Of a stretch of DNA of 64,000 nt, positions 46,325 to 54,708 are shown in pieces. This DNA comes from Sphingomonadales bacterium 12-68-11 (GTDB lineage: Bacteria > Pseudomonadota > Alphaproteobacteria > Sphingomonadales > Sphingomonadaceae): the NCBI GenBank assembly GCA_002279825.1, contig NCCV01000006.1, positions 63,758 through 127,757 of the forward strand, written 5' to 3'. The translations under genes were made by a program, and so were the position numbers. The notes beneath the pieces were generated by a model. The model worked only from the letters and a program-made list of their open reading frames with translations. It searched no databases and was not told the origin of the DNA. Each line of letters starts with the position of its first letter. Position 1 is the stretch's first letter.

Positions 46325-47383
46325 ATGAAGATCGCCTGTCTGGCCGGTGACGGCATCGGCCCCGAGATCATGGCCGAGGCGCGCCGCGTACTGGCTGCGC
46401 TGGACCTGCCGGGGCTGACGGTCTGGGAAGGCGATGTCGGCGGCGCCGGTTATCGCCGCCACGGTCACCCGCTACCGCCCGAGACGCTCGAGATGGCCAA
46501 GGCCGCCGATGCGGTGCTGTTCGGCGCGGTCGGCGATCCCGAGTGCGACGCGCTGCCGCGCCACCTGCGGCCCGAACAGGCGATCCTCGGCCTGCGCCAG
46601 GCGCTCGGCCTGTTCGCCAACTTGCGCCCCGCAACGCTGTTTCCCGGGCTCGAGACGATGTCCGCGCTGCGGCCCGAGATCGCCCGCGAGATCGACCTCC
46701 TGATCGTCCGCGAACTCAACGGCGACGTCTACTTCGGCGAGAAGGCGATCCGCACGCTGCCCGACGGGCGCCGCCAGGGCTTCGACCTGATGTCCTATGC
46801 CGAGGACGAGGTGCGCCGCATCGCCCACGTCGCGTTCAAGGCCGCACGGGGGCGCACCCGGCGCCTGACCAGCGTCGACAAGGCCAACGTGCTCGAAACC
46901 AGCCAGCTGTGGCGCGACGTGGTGATCGAGGTCGCCGCCGAGTACCCGGACGTCGCGCTCAGCCACATGTACGTCGACAACGCGGCGATGCAGCTCGTGC
47001 GCGATCCCGGGCAGTTCGACGTGATCGTCACCGGCAACTTGTTCGGCGACATCCTGTCCGACCAGGCGAGCATGTGCGTCGGCTCGATCGGCCTGCTCGC
47101 CAGCGCCGCGCTCGGGGAAACGCAGACCGCGTTCGGCACCAAGGGGCTCTATGAGCCGATTCATGGCAGCGCCCCGGATATCGCCGGGCAAGGCAAGGCC
47201 AACCCGCTGGCGATGATCCTCAGCCTGGCCATGCTGCTGCGCCACAGCCTCGGCCGCGAGGACGACGCCGGGCGGGTCGAGGCGGCGGTCGCGGCGACGC
47301 TCGGCGACGGCGTGCGCGGCGCCGATCTCGGCGGTTCGGCGAGCACACACGAGATCGGGGAGGCCGTGCTTGAGCGACTCTGA
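46325..47383 (+). CDS. leuB: 3-isopropylmalate dehydrogenase
   Basis: 352 aa. [54 protein letters not shown]. Confidence 0.95.
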   Translation: MKIACLAGDGIGPEIMAEARRVLAALDLPGLTVWEGDVGGAGYRRHGHPLPPETLEMAKAADAVLFGAVGDPECDALPRHLRPEQAILGLRQALGLFANLRPATLFPGLETMSALRPEIAREIDLLIVRELNGDVYFGEKAIRTLPDGRRQGFDLMSYAEDEVRRIAHVAFKAARGRTRRLTSVDKANVLETSQLWRDVVIEVAAEYPDVALSHMYVDNAAMQLVRDPGQFDVIVTGNLFGDILSDQASMCVGSIGLLASAALGETQTAFGTKGLYEPIHGSAPDIAGQGKANPLAMILSLAMLLRHSLGREDDAGRVEAAVAATLGDGVRGADLGGSASTHEIGEAVLERL

Positions 47384-48512
47384 CGCCGCCATGCGCCCGC
47401 TCGAGCTTGCGGTCGTGCTGCCGACCCGTAACGAGCGCAAGAACCTCGCGCCGATGGTCGCGCGGCTCGATGCCGCGCTCGCCGGGATCGCCTGGGAAGC
47501 GATCTTCGTCGATGATGACAGCCCCGACGGCACCGCCGAAGAGGCGCGCGCGATCAGCCTCCTCGATCCGCGCGTACGCGTCATCCAGCGCATCGGCCGG
47601 CGCGGCCTCGCCAGCGCCGCGATCGAAGGGATGTGCGCCACCGCCGCCCCGGTCGTCGCGGTGATGGATGCGGACCAGCAGCACGATCCCGCGCTGCTTC
47701 CCCAGATGCTCGCCGCGATCCGCTCGGGCGACTACGATCTCGCCTATGCCTCGCGGTTCGCCGAAGGCGGCAGCGCCGCGGGCCTGTCCAGCCAGCGCCG
47801 CGAGAAAGGCTCGCGGCTTGCCAACAAGCTCGCCCGCAAGGTCACCGGCATGGAGCTGAGCGACCCGATGAGCGGCTATTTCATGCTGCCCACCGACACG
47901 CTGCGCAAGGACGCGCACCGGCTCTCGGGCATCGGCTTCAAGATCCTGCTCGACATCCTCGCCACCGCCGACGTCACGCTGCGGGTCAAGGAGTTTCCCC
48001 TCGAATTCGCGGCACGGGTCGAAGGCGAAAGCAAGCTCGACCGCACGGTGGTGTTCGAGTTTCTGGTCGGGCTCTACGACAAGTGGCTCGGCCGCTACAT
48101 CCCGACCCGCTTTGCGCTGTTCGGCACCATCGGCGCGGCCGGCGTGGTCGTCCACATGGCCGTGCTGACGGCGTTCCTCGCGGCGTTCGGCGGCACGCTC
48201 AAGGATTACCTGGTGACCGATTTCGAGATCGGCCAGACGGTCGCCGCGCTGGTCGCGATGACCTTCAACTTCGTGCTCAACAACTTCCTAACTTATGCCG
48301 ACAAACGCTTGACCGGGTTCGATAACCTGGTGCGCGGCTGGCTCAAGTTCGGGCTCACCTGCTCGGTCGGCCTGCTCGCCAACATCGGTGTCGCGGCGGT
48401 GCTGGTGCGCTGGGGCTTCCACGAATACCCGGCCGCGCTGACCGGCATCGTGATCGGCTCAGTGTGGAATTTCGCGCTCTCGAGCAAATTCGTGTGGGGC
48501 AAGTTCAAGTAG
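47370..48512 (+). CDS. family 2 glycosyltransferase (polyprenyl-phosphate sugar synthase-like) fused to a GtrA-like 4-TM domain
   Basis: [14 protein letters not shown]...[10 protein letters not shown]...[10 protein letters not shown] (GT2 DxD) and a C-terminal GtrA-like membrane domain ending SSKFVWG. TTG 47370 is preceded by GGGGAGG and overlaps the leuB end. Confidence 0.85.
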   Translation: MSDSDAAMRPLELAVVLPTRNERKNLAPMVARLDAALAGIAWEAIFVDDDSPDGTAEEARAISLLDPRVRVIQRIGRRGLASAAIEGMCATAAPVVAVMDADQQHDPALLPQMLAAIRSGDYDLAYASRFAEGGSAAGLSSQRREKGSRLANKLARKVTGMELSDPMSGYFMLPTDTLRKDAHRLSGIGFKILLDILATADVTLRVKEFPLEFAARVEGESKLDRTVVFEFLVGLYDKWLGRYIPTRFALFGTIGAAGVVVHMAVLTAFLAAFGGTLKDYLVTDFEIGQTVAALVAMTFNFVLNNFLTYADKRLTGFDNLVRGWLKFGLTCSVGLLANIGVAAVLVRWGFHEYPAALTGIVIGSVWNFALSSKFVWGKFK

Positions 48513-48550
48513 AGCGCGGACCTCCGACGCGTCGCCGCTTTCATCTAACT

Positions 48551-48614
48551 CCGTTCGCATCGAGCGAAGTCGAGATGCCCAGCAATGTGTCTCGACTTCG
48601 CTCGACACGAACGG
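48551..48614. repeat. REP/MITE-like palindromic element, copy 4 of 5
   Basis: CCGTTCGCATCGAGCGAAGTCGAGATG-loop-TGTCTCGACTTCGCTCGACACGAACGG, between convergent stops at 48512 and 48642. Confidence 0.85.
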
Positions 48615-48641
48615 AGCAGCGGACGATGCTGGCCTCCCGGT

Positions 48642-49934
48642 TCACCGCCACGCCTCAAGCCAGGTCCATTTGAGGAAGTCCTGCTTGCCCTCCAGCGGGG
48701 CCGCGGTCAGCACCGGCCAGAACAGCACGAACACCGCCAGGATCGCGGCCAAAGCCGCGTAAACCGGCCAGCGCCAGCGCCCGCCGCGTCGCCACAGCGC
48801 GTCCATCGCCAGCGCCAGCGCCGCCGCGAGGAAGCAGCTCGGCAGCCCGTAGTGGTAATAGAACTGAATGTTCTTGGCGGTAATCATCCACAGCCCCAGG
48901 CTCGCCGCATAGCCCGCCGCCACCGCCAACGCGTCCCAGCGCCGCTTGAACACCCCCACGAACGCGCACCACAGCAGCGCCGGCAGTCCGAGCCACATCG
49001 TCACCAGGTTGCCGACCAAAATGACCCCGCGCTGTGCCCCGTCGACCTCCTGGTAGAGGTACCAGATCGCCCGCAGGTCGAGCACCCACTGCCACCACAC
49101 GCTCTGGTAGCGGTGCGCCTTGAGGAGCTGGTGCTGCAGGCTCAGCATGTGGCGGTGCCATTCGAGCGGGTCGTTCCAAGGCACCGCGTCCCTCGAGAGC
49201 AGCCACATCGGCCAGTACGCGGCCCAATAGACCAGGACCGGCACCACCCCGAGCCACAGCCCGGCTTCGAGCAGCGACACGCCGCGGATCGGCGGCGCGC
49301 GGCGCGCGGTCAGCAAGCGCAGCCGGGAATGCCACGCCCGCCACGCCAGGAACGCCAGCCCCGGCAGCACCGCCACCGGGATCGCGTTCCATTTGGAGGC
49401 CATCGCGAGGCCGAGCGCGAGGCCGACCAGCGGCAGCCGCCAGCGCGCGGTCTCGTTCTCGCGCATCGCGCCCGCCCAGTGCCACATCGCCACCAGCGTC
49501 AGGCTGATCATGAACACGTCGAGCATCGCGATCCGCGTCTGGATGAACAGTGGGAACGCGGTCGCGAGTAGGAACCCGGTCGCAAGCGAGGCGAAGCGCG
49601 TGCCGCTGGCGAACCACATCGCCCGCATCCCCGCGAACAGCCCGAGCACCCCGAACGCCCACGGCGCGATCCGCCACCCCCAGGCATTGTCGCCCAGCAG
49701 CCAGATGCCGGCGGCGATCATCTCCTTGCCGAACGGCGGGTGCTCGGGATTGACCCGTTGCGACAGCTCGAGAAATGCGCGCGCCGCGGGCAGGTAATGG
49801 ATCTCGTCGAACATCGGCTGGGTCGGGATCGCGATCCGCACCAGCGCCAGCGCGCCGAACAGCGCGGTCAGCGCCAGCGTCCAGCGGAGCGGATCTCTTT
49901 GATGCACGGGGAGATGCGCGGAGAGCTGGGTCAT
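48642..49934 (-). CDS. GT39/PMT-like (GT-C) phospholipid-carrier-dependent glycosyltransferase
   Basis: About 430 aa, polytopic. FDEIHY (the Asp-Glu loop-1 motif of PMT-type enzymes) after TM1. Start re-picked at MTQLSAHLPV inside ORF 48642..50054. Confidence 0.8.
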   Translation of the reverse strand: MTQLSAHLPVHQRDPLRWTLALTALFGALALVRIAIPTQPMFDEIHYLPAARAFLELSQRVNPEHPPFGKEMIAAGIWLLGDNAWGWRIAPWAFGVLGLFAGMRAMWFASGTRFASLATGFLLATAFPLFIQTRIAMLDVFMISLTLVAMWHWAGAMRENETARWRLPLVGLALGLAMASKWNAIPVAVLPGLAFLAWRAWHSRLRLLTARRAPPIRGVSLLEAGLWLGVVPVLVYWAAYWPMWLLSRDAVPWNDPLEWHRHMLSLQHQLLKAHRYQSVWWQWVLDLRAIWYLYQEVDGAQRGVILVGNLVTMWLGLPALLWCAFVGVFKRRWDALAVAAGYAASLGLWMITAKNIQFYYHYGLPSCFLAAALALAMDALWRRGGRWRWPVYAALAAILAVFVLFWPVLTAAPLEGKQDFLKWTWLEAWR

Positions 49935-50065
49935 CGATGGGGGCGCGTTAGCAAGTGCAGCGAAGGGGGCAAAGAGATTGGATATCGGCAGAACGCATTT
50001 GCCGACGGCGGACATCCGATTTGAGAGTTTTCTGTGCGTTGCCGCCGATATCATGGAGTGGCAAC

Positions 50066-50185
50066 ATGGCGGCGTTGCGGCATGGGAGGCGAGCGTTGCG
50101 GGCAGTTATACGAGCCGTTGCGCTCTATCTTGGCGGCAACGCTTGTGCCTTCTTCGCTGCGGCCGCCGCGTTGGGCTTGCACTGA
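50066..50185 (+). CDS. candidate 39-codon hydrophobic sORF ending in TGA directly abutting the next ATG
   Basis: MAALRHGRRALRAVIRAVALYLGGNACAFFAAAAALGLH. Same frame as the 93-aa ORF, with junction CAC TGA ATG. Lower-G+C stretch. Confidence 0.25.
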   Translation: MAALRHGRRALRAVIRAVALYLGGNACAFFAAAAALGLH

Positions 50186-50467
50186 ATGCTTTCGCTCATC
50201 TTCTGTGGAGCACTTGCGCTTTTTGCGATCTGTGCGGTCGCAAATCTCTTGCCGAATGTGCGTAAGAGGGCTGCGCTGCAACTTGTCCCTGGGTTGGCGC
50301 TCGCCTGCCTTTATATCTACTCAGAGCGCATCTCGCTGCCCGACGACGTACCGGTGGCGACCCTGTATTGGACTGCGTTTGCGTTAGGGTTGGTCGCGAC
50401 ATTTTTTGTCGAGGTGAAGAATCCGGCAGGCGTCGTCAGAAAAAGTAAAGGCACGACCGGCGCTTGA
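50186..50467 (+). CDS. small hypothetical membrane protein (93 aa) with atypical composition
   Basis: Three predicted hydrophobic helices. Codon third positions are visibly T/A-richer than in neighbouring genes. Confidence 0.45.
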   Translation: MLSLIFCGALALFAICAVANLLPNVRKRAALQLVPGLALACLYIYSERISLPDDVPVATLYWTAFALGLVATFFVEVKNPAGVVRKSKGTTGA

Positions 50468-50536
50468 ACGGTCTGGGTGGCCGAGAAGCCGCAGCCTGTT
50501 GCACCCCTCAACGCCACACCCTAGAGCCGCGCCGTC

Positions 50537-51745
50537 ATGAAGCGCACCACCGGCCTCGATCGCTCCGTCAACCGCAAGTGGCGCCCGGCCACCCGCGCCG
50601 TGCGAGCGGGCACCTGGCGCAGCGAGCAGGGGGAGACCAGCGAGGCGCTGTTCCTGACCAGCGGCTATGCTTACGACGATGCGCAGACCGTGGCGGACCG
50701 CTTCGCCGGCGAAGCCTCGGGCATGCAGTACTCGCGCTTTCAGAACCCCACCGTGGCGATGCTCGAGGAGCGGATTGCGGCGATGGAAGGGGCCGAGGCG
50801 TGCAAGGTCCAGGCCAGCGGCATGGCGGCGATGACCAGCGCGCTCTTGTGCATGCTGTCGAGCGGCGATCACCTGGTTGCCGGGCGCGCCGCGTTCGGCT
50901 CGTGCCGCTGGATCCTCGCCAACGTGCTCAGCCGGTTCGGGATCACTCACACCGTGGTCGACGGGCGCGACAACGCGGCCTGGGAAGCGGCCATCCAGCC
51001 GAGCACCAAGGCGTTCTTCTTCGAGACCCCCGCCAACCCGACGCTCGACGTGGTCGATCTCGAATACGTCTGCGGGCTGGCCCGCGCCCACGGCATCAAG
51101 ACCGTCGTCGATAATGCCTTCGCCACCTCGGCGCTCCAGCGCCCGCTCGAATTCGGCGCGGATATCGTCGCCTACAGCGCCACCAAGCTGATGGACGGGC
51201 AGGGCCGCGTGCTTGCCGGCGCGGTGTGCGGCTCCGACGAGTGGATCAACGGTACGCTCTCGCCGTTCCAGCGCAACACCGGGCCGATCTGCTCGCCGTT
51301 CAACGCCTGGGTGGTGCTCAAGGGCCTCGAGACGCTCGACTTGCGCGCCCACCGGCAGAGCGAGAACGCGCTCGAAGTCGGCCGCGCGATCGAAGGGCGC
51401 GTGGCGCGGATGCTCCACCCCGGCCTGCCCAGCTTCCCTCAGCACAACCTGGCGATGAAGCAGATGGACGCCGCCGGGCCGATCTTCAGCTTCGTGGTGG
51501 ACGGCGGGCGCGAGCGGGCCTTCGCAGTGCTCGACGCGCTCGAACTGATCGACATCTCGAACAACATCGGCGATTCCAAGAGCCTCGCCTGCCACCCGGC
51601 CTCCACCACGCATCACAACATGGGGCCCGAAGGCCGCGCCGAGATGGGCGTCGAGGAAGGCATGATCCGCCTCAACGTCGGGCTCGAGGATCCGCGCGAC
51701 CTGATCGAGGATCTCGACCAGGCCCTCGGCCGCGCGGGCCTTTAG
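50537..51745 (+). CDS. metZ: O-succinylhomoserine sulfhydrylase (Cys/Met-metabolism PLP enzyme)
   Basis: 402 aa. WRPATRAVRAGTWRSEQGETSEALFLTSGY, YSRFQNPT, and AYSATKLMDGQGR (PLP lysine). Confidence 0.9.
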   Translation: MKRTTGLDRSVNRKWRPATRAVRAGTWRSEQGETSEALFLTSGYAYDDAQTVADRFAGEASGMQYSRFQNPTVAMLEERIAAMEGAEACKVQASGMAAMTSALLCMLSSGDHLVAGRAAFGSCRWILANVLSRFGITHTVVDGRDNAAWEAAIQPSTKAFFFETPANPTLDVVDLEYVCGLARAHGIKTVVDNAFATSALQRPLEFGADIVAYSATKLMDGQGRVLAGAVCGSDEWINGTLSPFQRNTGPICSPFNAWVVLKGLETLDLRAHRQSENALEVGRAIEGRVARMLHPGLPSFPQHNLAMKQMDAAGPIFSFVVDGGRERAFAVLDALELIDISNNIGDSKSLACHPASTTHHNMGPEGRAEMGVEEGMIRLNVGLEDPRDLIEDLDQALGRAGL

Positions 51746-51822
51746 CGCACGCCCTTCCGAGGCGATTTCGCCGCTTCGGGTTTGACCGGCGGGCCAAAGC
51801 GGTTACCCTCCGGCGGGACTCG

Positions 51823-52236
51823 ATGGAAAATACTCTCGCCAGCCTGTTCCAGCATGCCGCGCTGACCGCGGGGATCACCGTGCGCGTCAACGTCACCTTC
51901 ATGCCCGATCAGTCGCGGGTCGAGGCCGGGCGCTGGTTCTGGGTCTATCACATCCGGCTCGAGAACCACCGCGACGACACCGTGCAACTGCTCACCCGCC
52001 ATTGGCGGATCACCGATTCGCGCGGCACCGTGAACCTGGTCGACGGCGAAGGGGTGGTCGGCGAAACCCCGGTGCTCGCGCCCGGCAAGACTCACGACTA
52101 CGTCTCGGGCTGCGAGCTGACCACGCGCCAGGGCTCGATGGAAGGGCACTACACGTTCGCGCGCGGCGACGGCACGCTGCTGCGCGTCGCGATCCCGTTT
52201 TTCCCGCTGGCCGCGCCCGCGACCGCGGCCGGGTAG
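51823..52236 (+). CDS. apaG: ApaG (DUF525) protein
   Basis: 137 aa. GITVRVNVTFMPDQS...WVYHIRLENHRDDTVQLLTRHWRITDSRG...GEGVVGETPVLAPG. In-frame tail of ORF 51226..52236. Confidence 0.88.
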   Translation: MENTLASLFQHAALTAGITVRVNVTFMPDQSRVEAGRWFWVYHIRLENHRDDTVQLLTRHWRITDSRGTVNLVDGEGVVGETPVLAPGKTHDYVSGCELTTRQGSMEGHYTFARGDGTLLRVAIPFFPLAAPATAAG

Positions 52237-52237
52237 T

Positions 52238-53208
52238 CTAGCGGCGCCACAACGCCGGCGGGCCGCTGCCCTGCGCGCGCCGCTGCGCGCGCCAGGCCTG
52301 CGGCGACATTCCGAACGCCCCGTGATCGGCCGGTCGGTCTCGCCCAGATAGGCCTGGGCCAGTTGCTGGCGTACGTCGTCGAGCAGCGTGCCGAACGGCT
52401 CGCCGTCGGCGTCGAGGTGGCGCTGCAGGCTGCGCGGGCTTTGGCCGAGCCGCTGCGCGACCTGGCCGAGGGTGGCGCGCCCGCTCGGCAGCAGCACGCC
52501 GATCTCGCGCCGCACCCGTTCGCCGACCGTCTCCTCGGCCGAGCGGGCCGGCACCAGTTTGAGCAGCCGGCGCGCGTGCTGCGCCATGGTCTCGTCGGCG
52601 TGCGGATTGGGCAGCAGCATGTCGGCCCGCGGGCTCGACATGCCGTTGAACGCCGCGCCGAACTCGATCGCGTTACCGAACACGCGCCGCCACGGCACCG
52701 GATCGACCGGCGCCTGGCGCATCAGGTGGACATATTCGGGACGCCAGCGATGGCCCGAGGCCGCGGTCAGCGTGCGATAGGCCATCGCCACCACGTGATC
52801 GAACATCTGTACGCTCCAGAAGCCGGGCACCAGGTCGAACCGGATCAGCACCGGCTCGCCGTCCTCCTCGAGCGCCATCGTCAGGATGTCGTTGAGCAGA
52901 GTCTGCATTTCGATCGCGGCGACCATCATCGCGCGCACGTTGGCCAGCCTTTCGAGCAGCAGGCTGAGCGGACCGAGACTGGCAAAGGACCGCGCCTCGG
53001 CCATCAGCAGGCCGAAGCTCTCGTCGCCCGATAGCTCTGCCGAGCGCTCGAACAGACGCACCACCGCTTCCGCCGGGAGGCGGTTCTCGGGATCGAGCAA
53101 GGTGCTGGGAAGAATGCCGCTTTCGCGGAGCATACGCTCGCCATCGAGTCCGGCCGCGTGGGCGACTTCGATATAGCCGGTCAGCGTTGCAGCGCGCATC
53201 TGATGCAT
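52238..53208 (-). pseudogene. AraC family transcriptional regulator with apparent internal deletion plus frameshift in the second HTH
   Basis: Frame A gives an intact AraC-binding-like N-domain and first HTH up to ...AQAYLGETDRPITG (~52320). The expected C-terminus AFGMSPQAWRAQRR...* is in another frame and ends at TAG 52238-52240. About 20 residues of the IA..GF....F.RAF.R helix region are absent. The 500-aa ORF only continues because no stop occurs over apaG. Confidence 0.6.
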
Positions 53209-53400
53209 GGCAGCCTCGGAAGCGCGACCCCCCGTTGACCGCATATCGTAACCGGCTCGGCTTGTCTGTGCCGATCGTCACGCAAATGCTAACAACTTGG
53301 CGTGATTGGCAAAGCGGGGGATGAATCGTCCCCGTAACCGCGCGCCTCCCGCGCCCGTCCCCCGAAACTTGGGCGCGGGAACCCTCATCGAGGAAGTTCC

Positions 53401-53928
53401 ATGGTCGAAGACGCTCCCCCGAGCGCCGGAGAAGTCCGCGCGCTCGCCAACCAGTTGCTCGCCTGGGCCGACCGCCTCGCGGCGCGCCCCGTCGCCGGTG
53501 ACACTCTGACAGGCGACGCCCGCCACGATCTGGTCATCGCCCTGGCCGACGCCGCGCTCCAGGTCCGCCGCCTGCGGGCGCAGCTGTTTCCCGAGGTTCC
53601 GCTCGCCGAGCCGCTATGGGACGTGCTGCTCAGCCTGTTCGCCAAGGAAGCCAACGGCTACCGCGTCTCGCTCGACAACCTCACGCTCGACAGCGAGCTG
53701 CCCGCCCCCAAGGTGCGCGAGTGCGTCGCGCAGCTCGCCAGCGCCGGGGTCATCGACCTGCATCCCGATCGGTTCGATTCCAAGGTCGTGTGGCTGTCGC
53801 TGTCGGGCGAAGGCAAGGAAAAGATGACCGAGCTGATGCTGCGTTCGGCCGATTTCGTCGGGCCCTGGGCCCGCGCCCCGCAGGCCGAGCCGGCGCTGCT
53901 CTCCGCGCGGCCGGCGGGCGCACTCTAG
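53401..53928 (+). CDS. hypothetical winged-helix (MarR-like) DNA-binding protein
   Basis: 175 aa. The central LWDVLLSLFAKEANGYRVSLDNLTLDSELPAPKVRECVAQLASAGVIDLHPDRFDSKVVWLSLSGEGKE resembles a wHTH. Weak call. Confidence 0.5.
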   Translation: MVEDAPPSAGEVRALANQLLAWADRLAARPVAGDTLTGDARHDLVIALADAALQVRRLRAQLFPEVPLAEPLWDVLLSLFAKEANGYRVSLDNLTLDSELPAPKVRECVAQLASAGVIDLHPDRFDSKVVWLSLSGEGKEKMTELMLRSADFVGPWARAPQAEPALLSARPAGAL

Positions 53929-53987
53929 CCGCACGCCGCCGCACCACCGGCGGCTGCCCCAGGGACCCGGACGGCGAACCTGGATCG

Positions 53988-54473
53988 TCAGTTCGCCGCC
54001 GCCTCGGCCGCGGGCAGTTGTGCCACTAGGTCGGAGGCGATCTTCCAGCCGTCGTTGTCGGTCTTGCGCCACACCGTCTGCACCGCGACCGGGATCGTCG
54101 CCGGCTGGCCGTCGGCGCCGGTGGTCGTCAGCGTGCCGGTGGCGGTGGTCGCGGCCAGTTCCCCGCTCTCGCTCGCCCAAGCCTCGCCCTGAGTCAGCTC
54201 GACCGCCAGGTTGGGGTCGGCGATCAGCGTCTCGAATGCCGCGCCGATCGCTTCGGTGCCTTTGACCGGGGCGCCGCCGGGCAGCACGATGGTCGCATCG
54301 GGGCGATAGATCCGCACCGCACCGCGCACGTCGCGCGCCTTGATCGCCTCGAGCTGCGCCAGCTCGGTCATCTGCACGGTGTCGAGCATGGCATCGGTGT
54401 CGGCGGGTTCGCCGCAGCCGCCGAGCAGGGCCACCGGGGCGAGAAACAGGAATGGGGAGCGGATCATCGGCAT
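53988..54473 (-). CDS. NTF2-like (SnoaL/DUF4440-type) lipoprotein
   Basis: Lipobox LLGGC. The pattern ...IYRPDATIVLPGGAPVKGTEAIGAAF...VWRKTDNDGWKIASD is typical of DUF4440/SnoaL-like folds. Confidence 0.6.
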   Translation of the reverse strand: MPMIRSPFLFLAPVALLGGCGEPADTDAMLDTVQMTELAQLEAIKARDVRGAVRIYRPDATIVLPGGAPVKGTEAIGAAFETLIADPNLAVELTQGEAWASESGELAATTATGTLTTTGADGQPATIPVAVQTVWRKTDNDGWKIASDLVAQLPAAEAAAN

Positions 54474-54708
54474 CTCTCTGTTGGCGTTGCGAGCGTCCGG
54501 AGCGACGCCAGTGGCGCGGTTCCGGGCGGCATCCCGAGAGATGCGGCCCCGTTCTGTGCGGCCCGGCCTTGCCCGACATTGACCCCGCTCAAACTCCGTG
54601 CCGGGGCGGCTGTAACGTGGCGTAACCCCGCCGATTACCGTTATTAACTGACACCGCCGCGCCCCCCGACCTAGCCGATGGCCCGCAGACGGGGCTCAGG
54701 GGTTTACG

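Noticed and set aside
50468-50536. SAM-II (or other SAM) riboswitch in front of metZ.
   Set aside because: The leader is only ~70 nt. I could not find the conserved AAAGCU / U-rich pseudoknot elements.
51742-52237. C-terminal 165 aa of the 500-aa ORF overlapping apaG on the opposite strand as a genuine overlapping gene.
   Set aside because: The sequence is Arg-rich nonsense produced after the frameshift in the AraC-family gene. apaG on the plus strand has clear family motifs.
54630-54660. Fur box in front of the 669-aa TBDR (GATTACCGTTATTAACTGA).
   Set aside because: It matches roughly 8 of 19 consensus positions by hand alignment, too weak to call.
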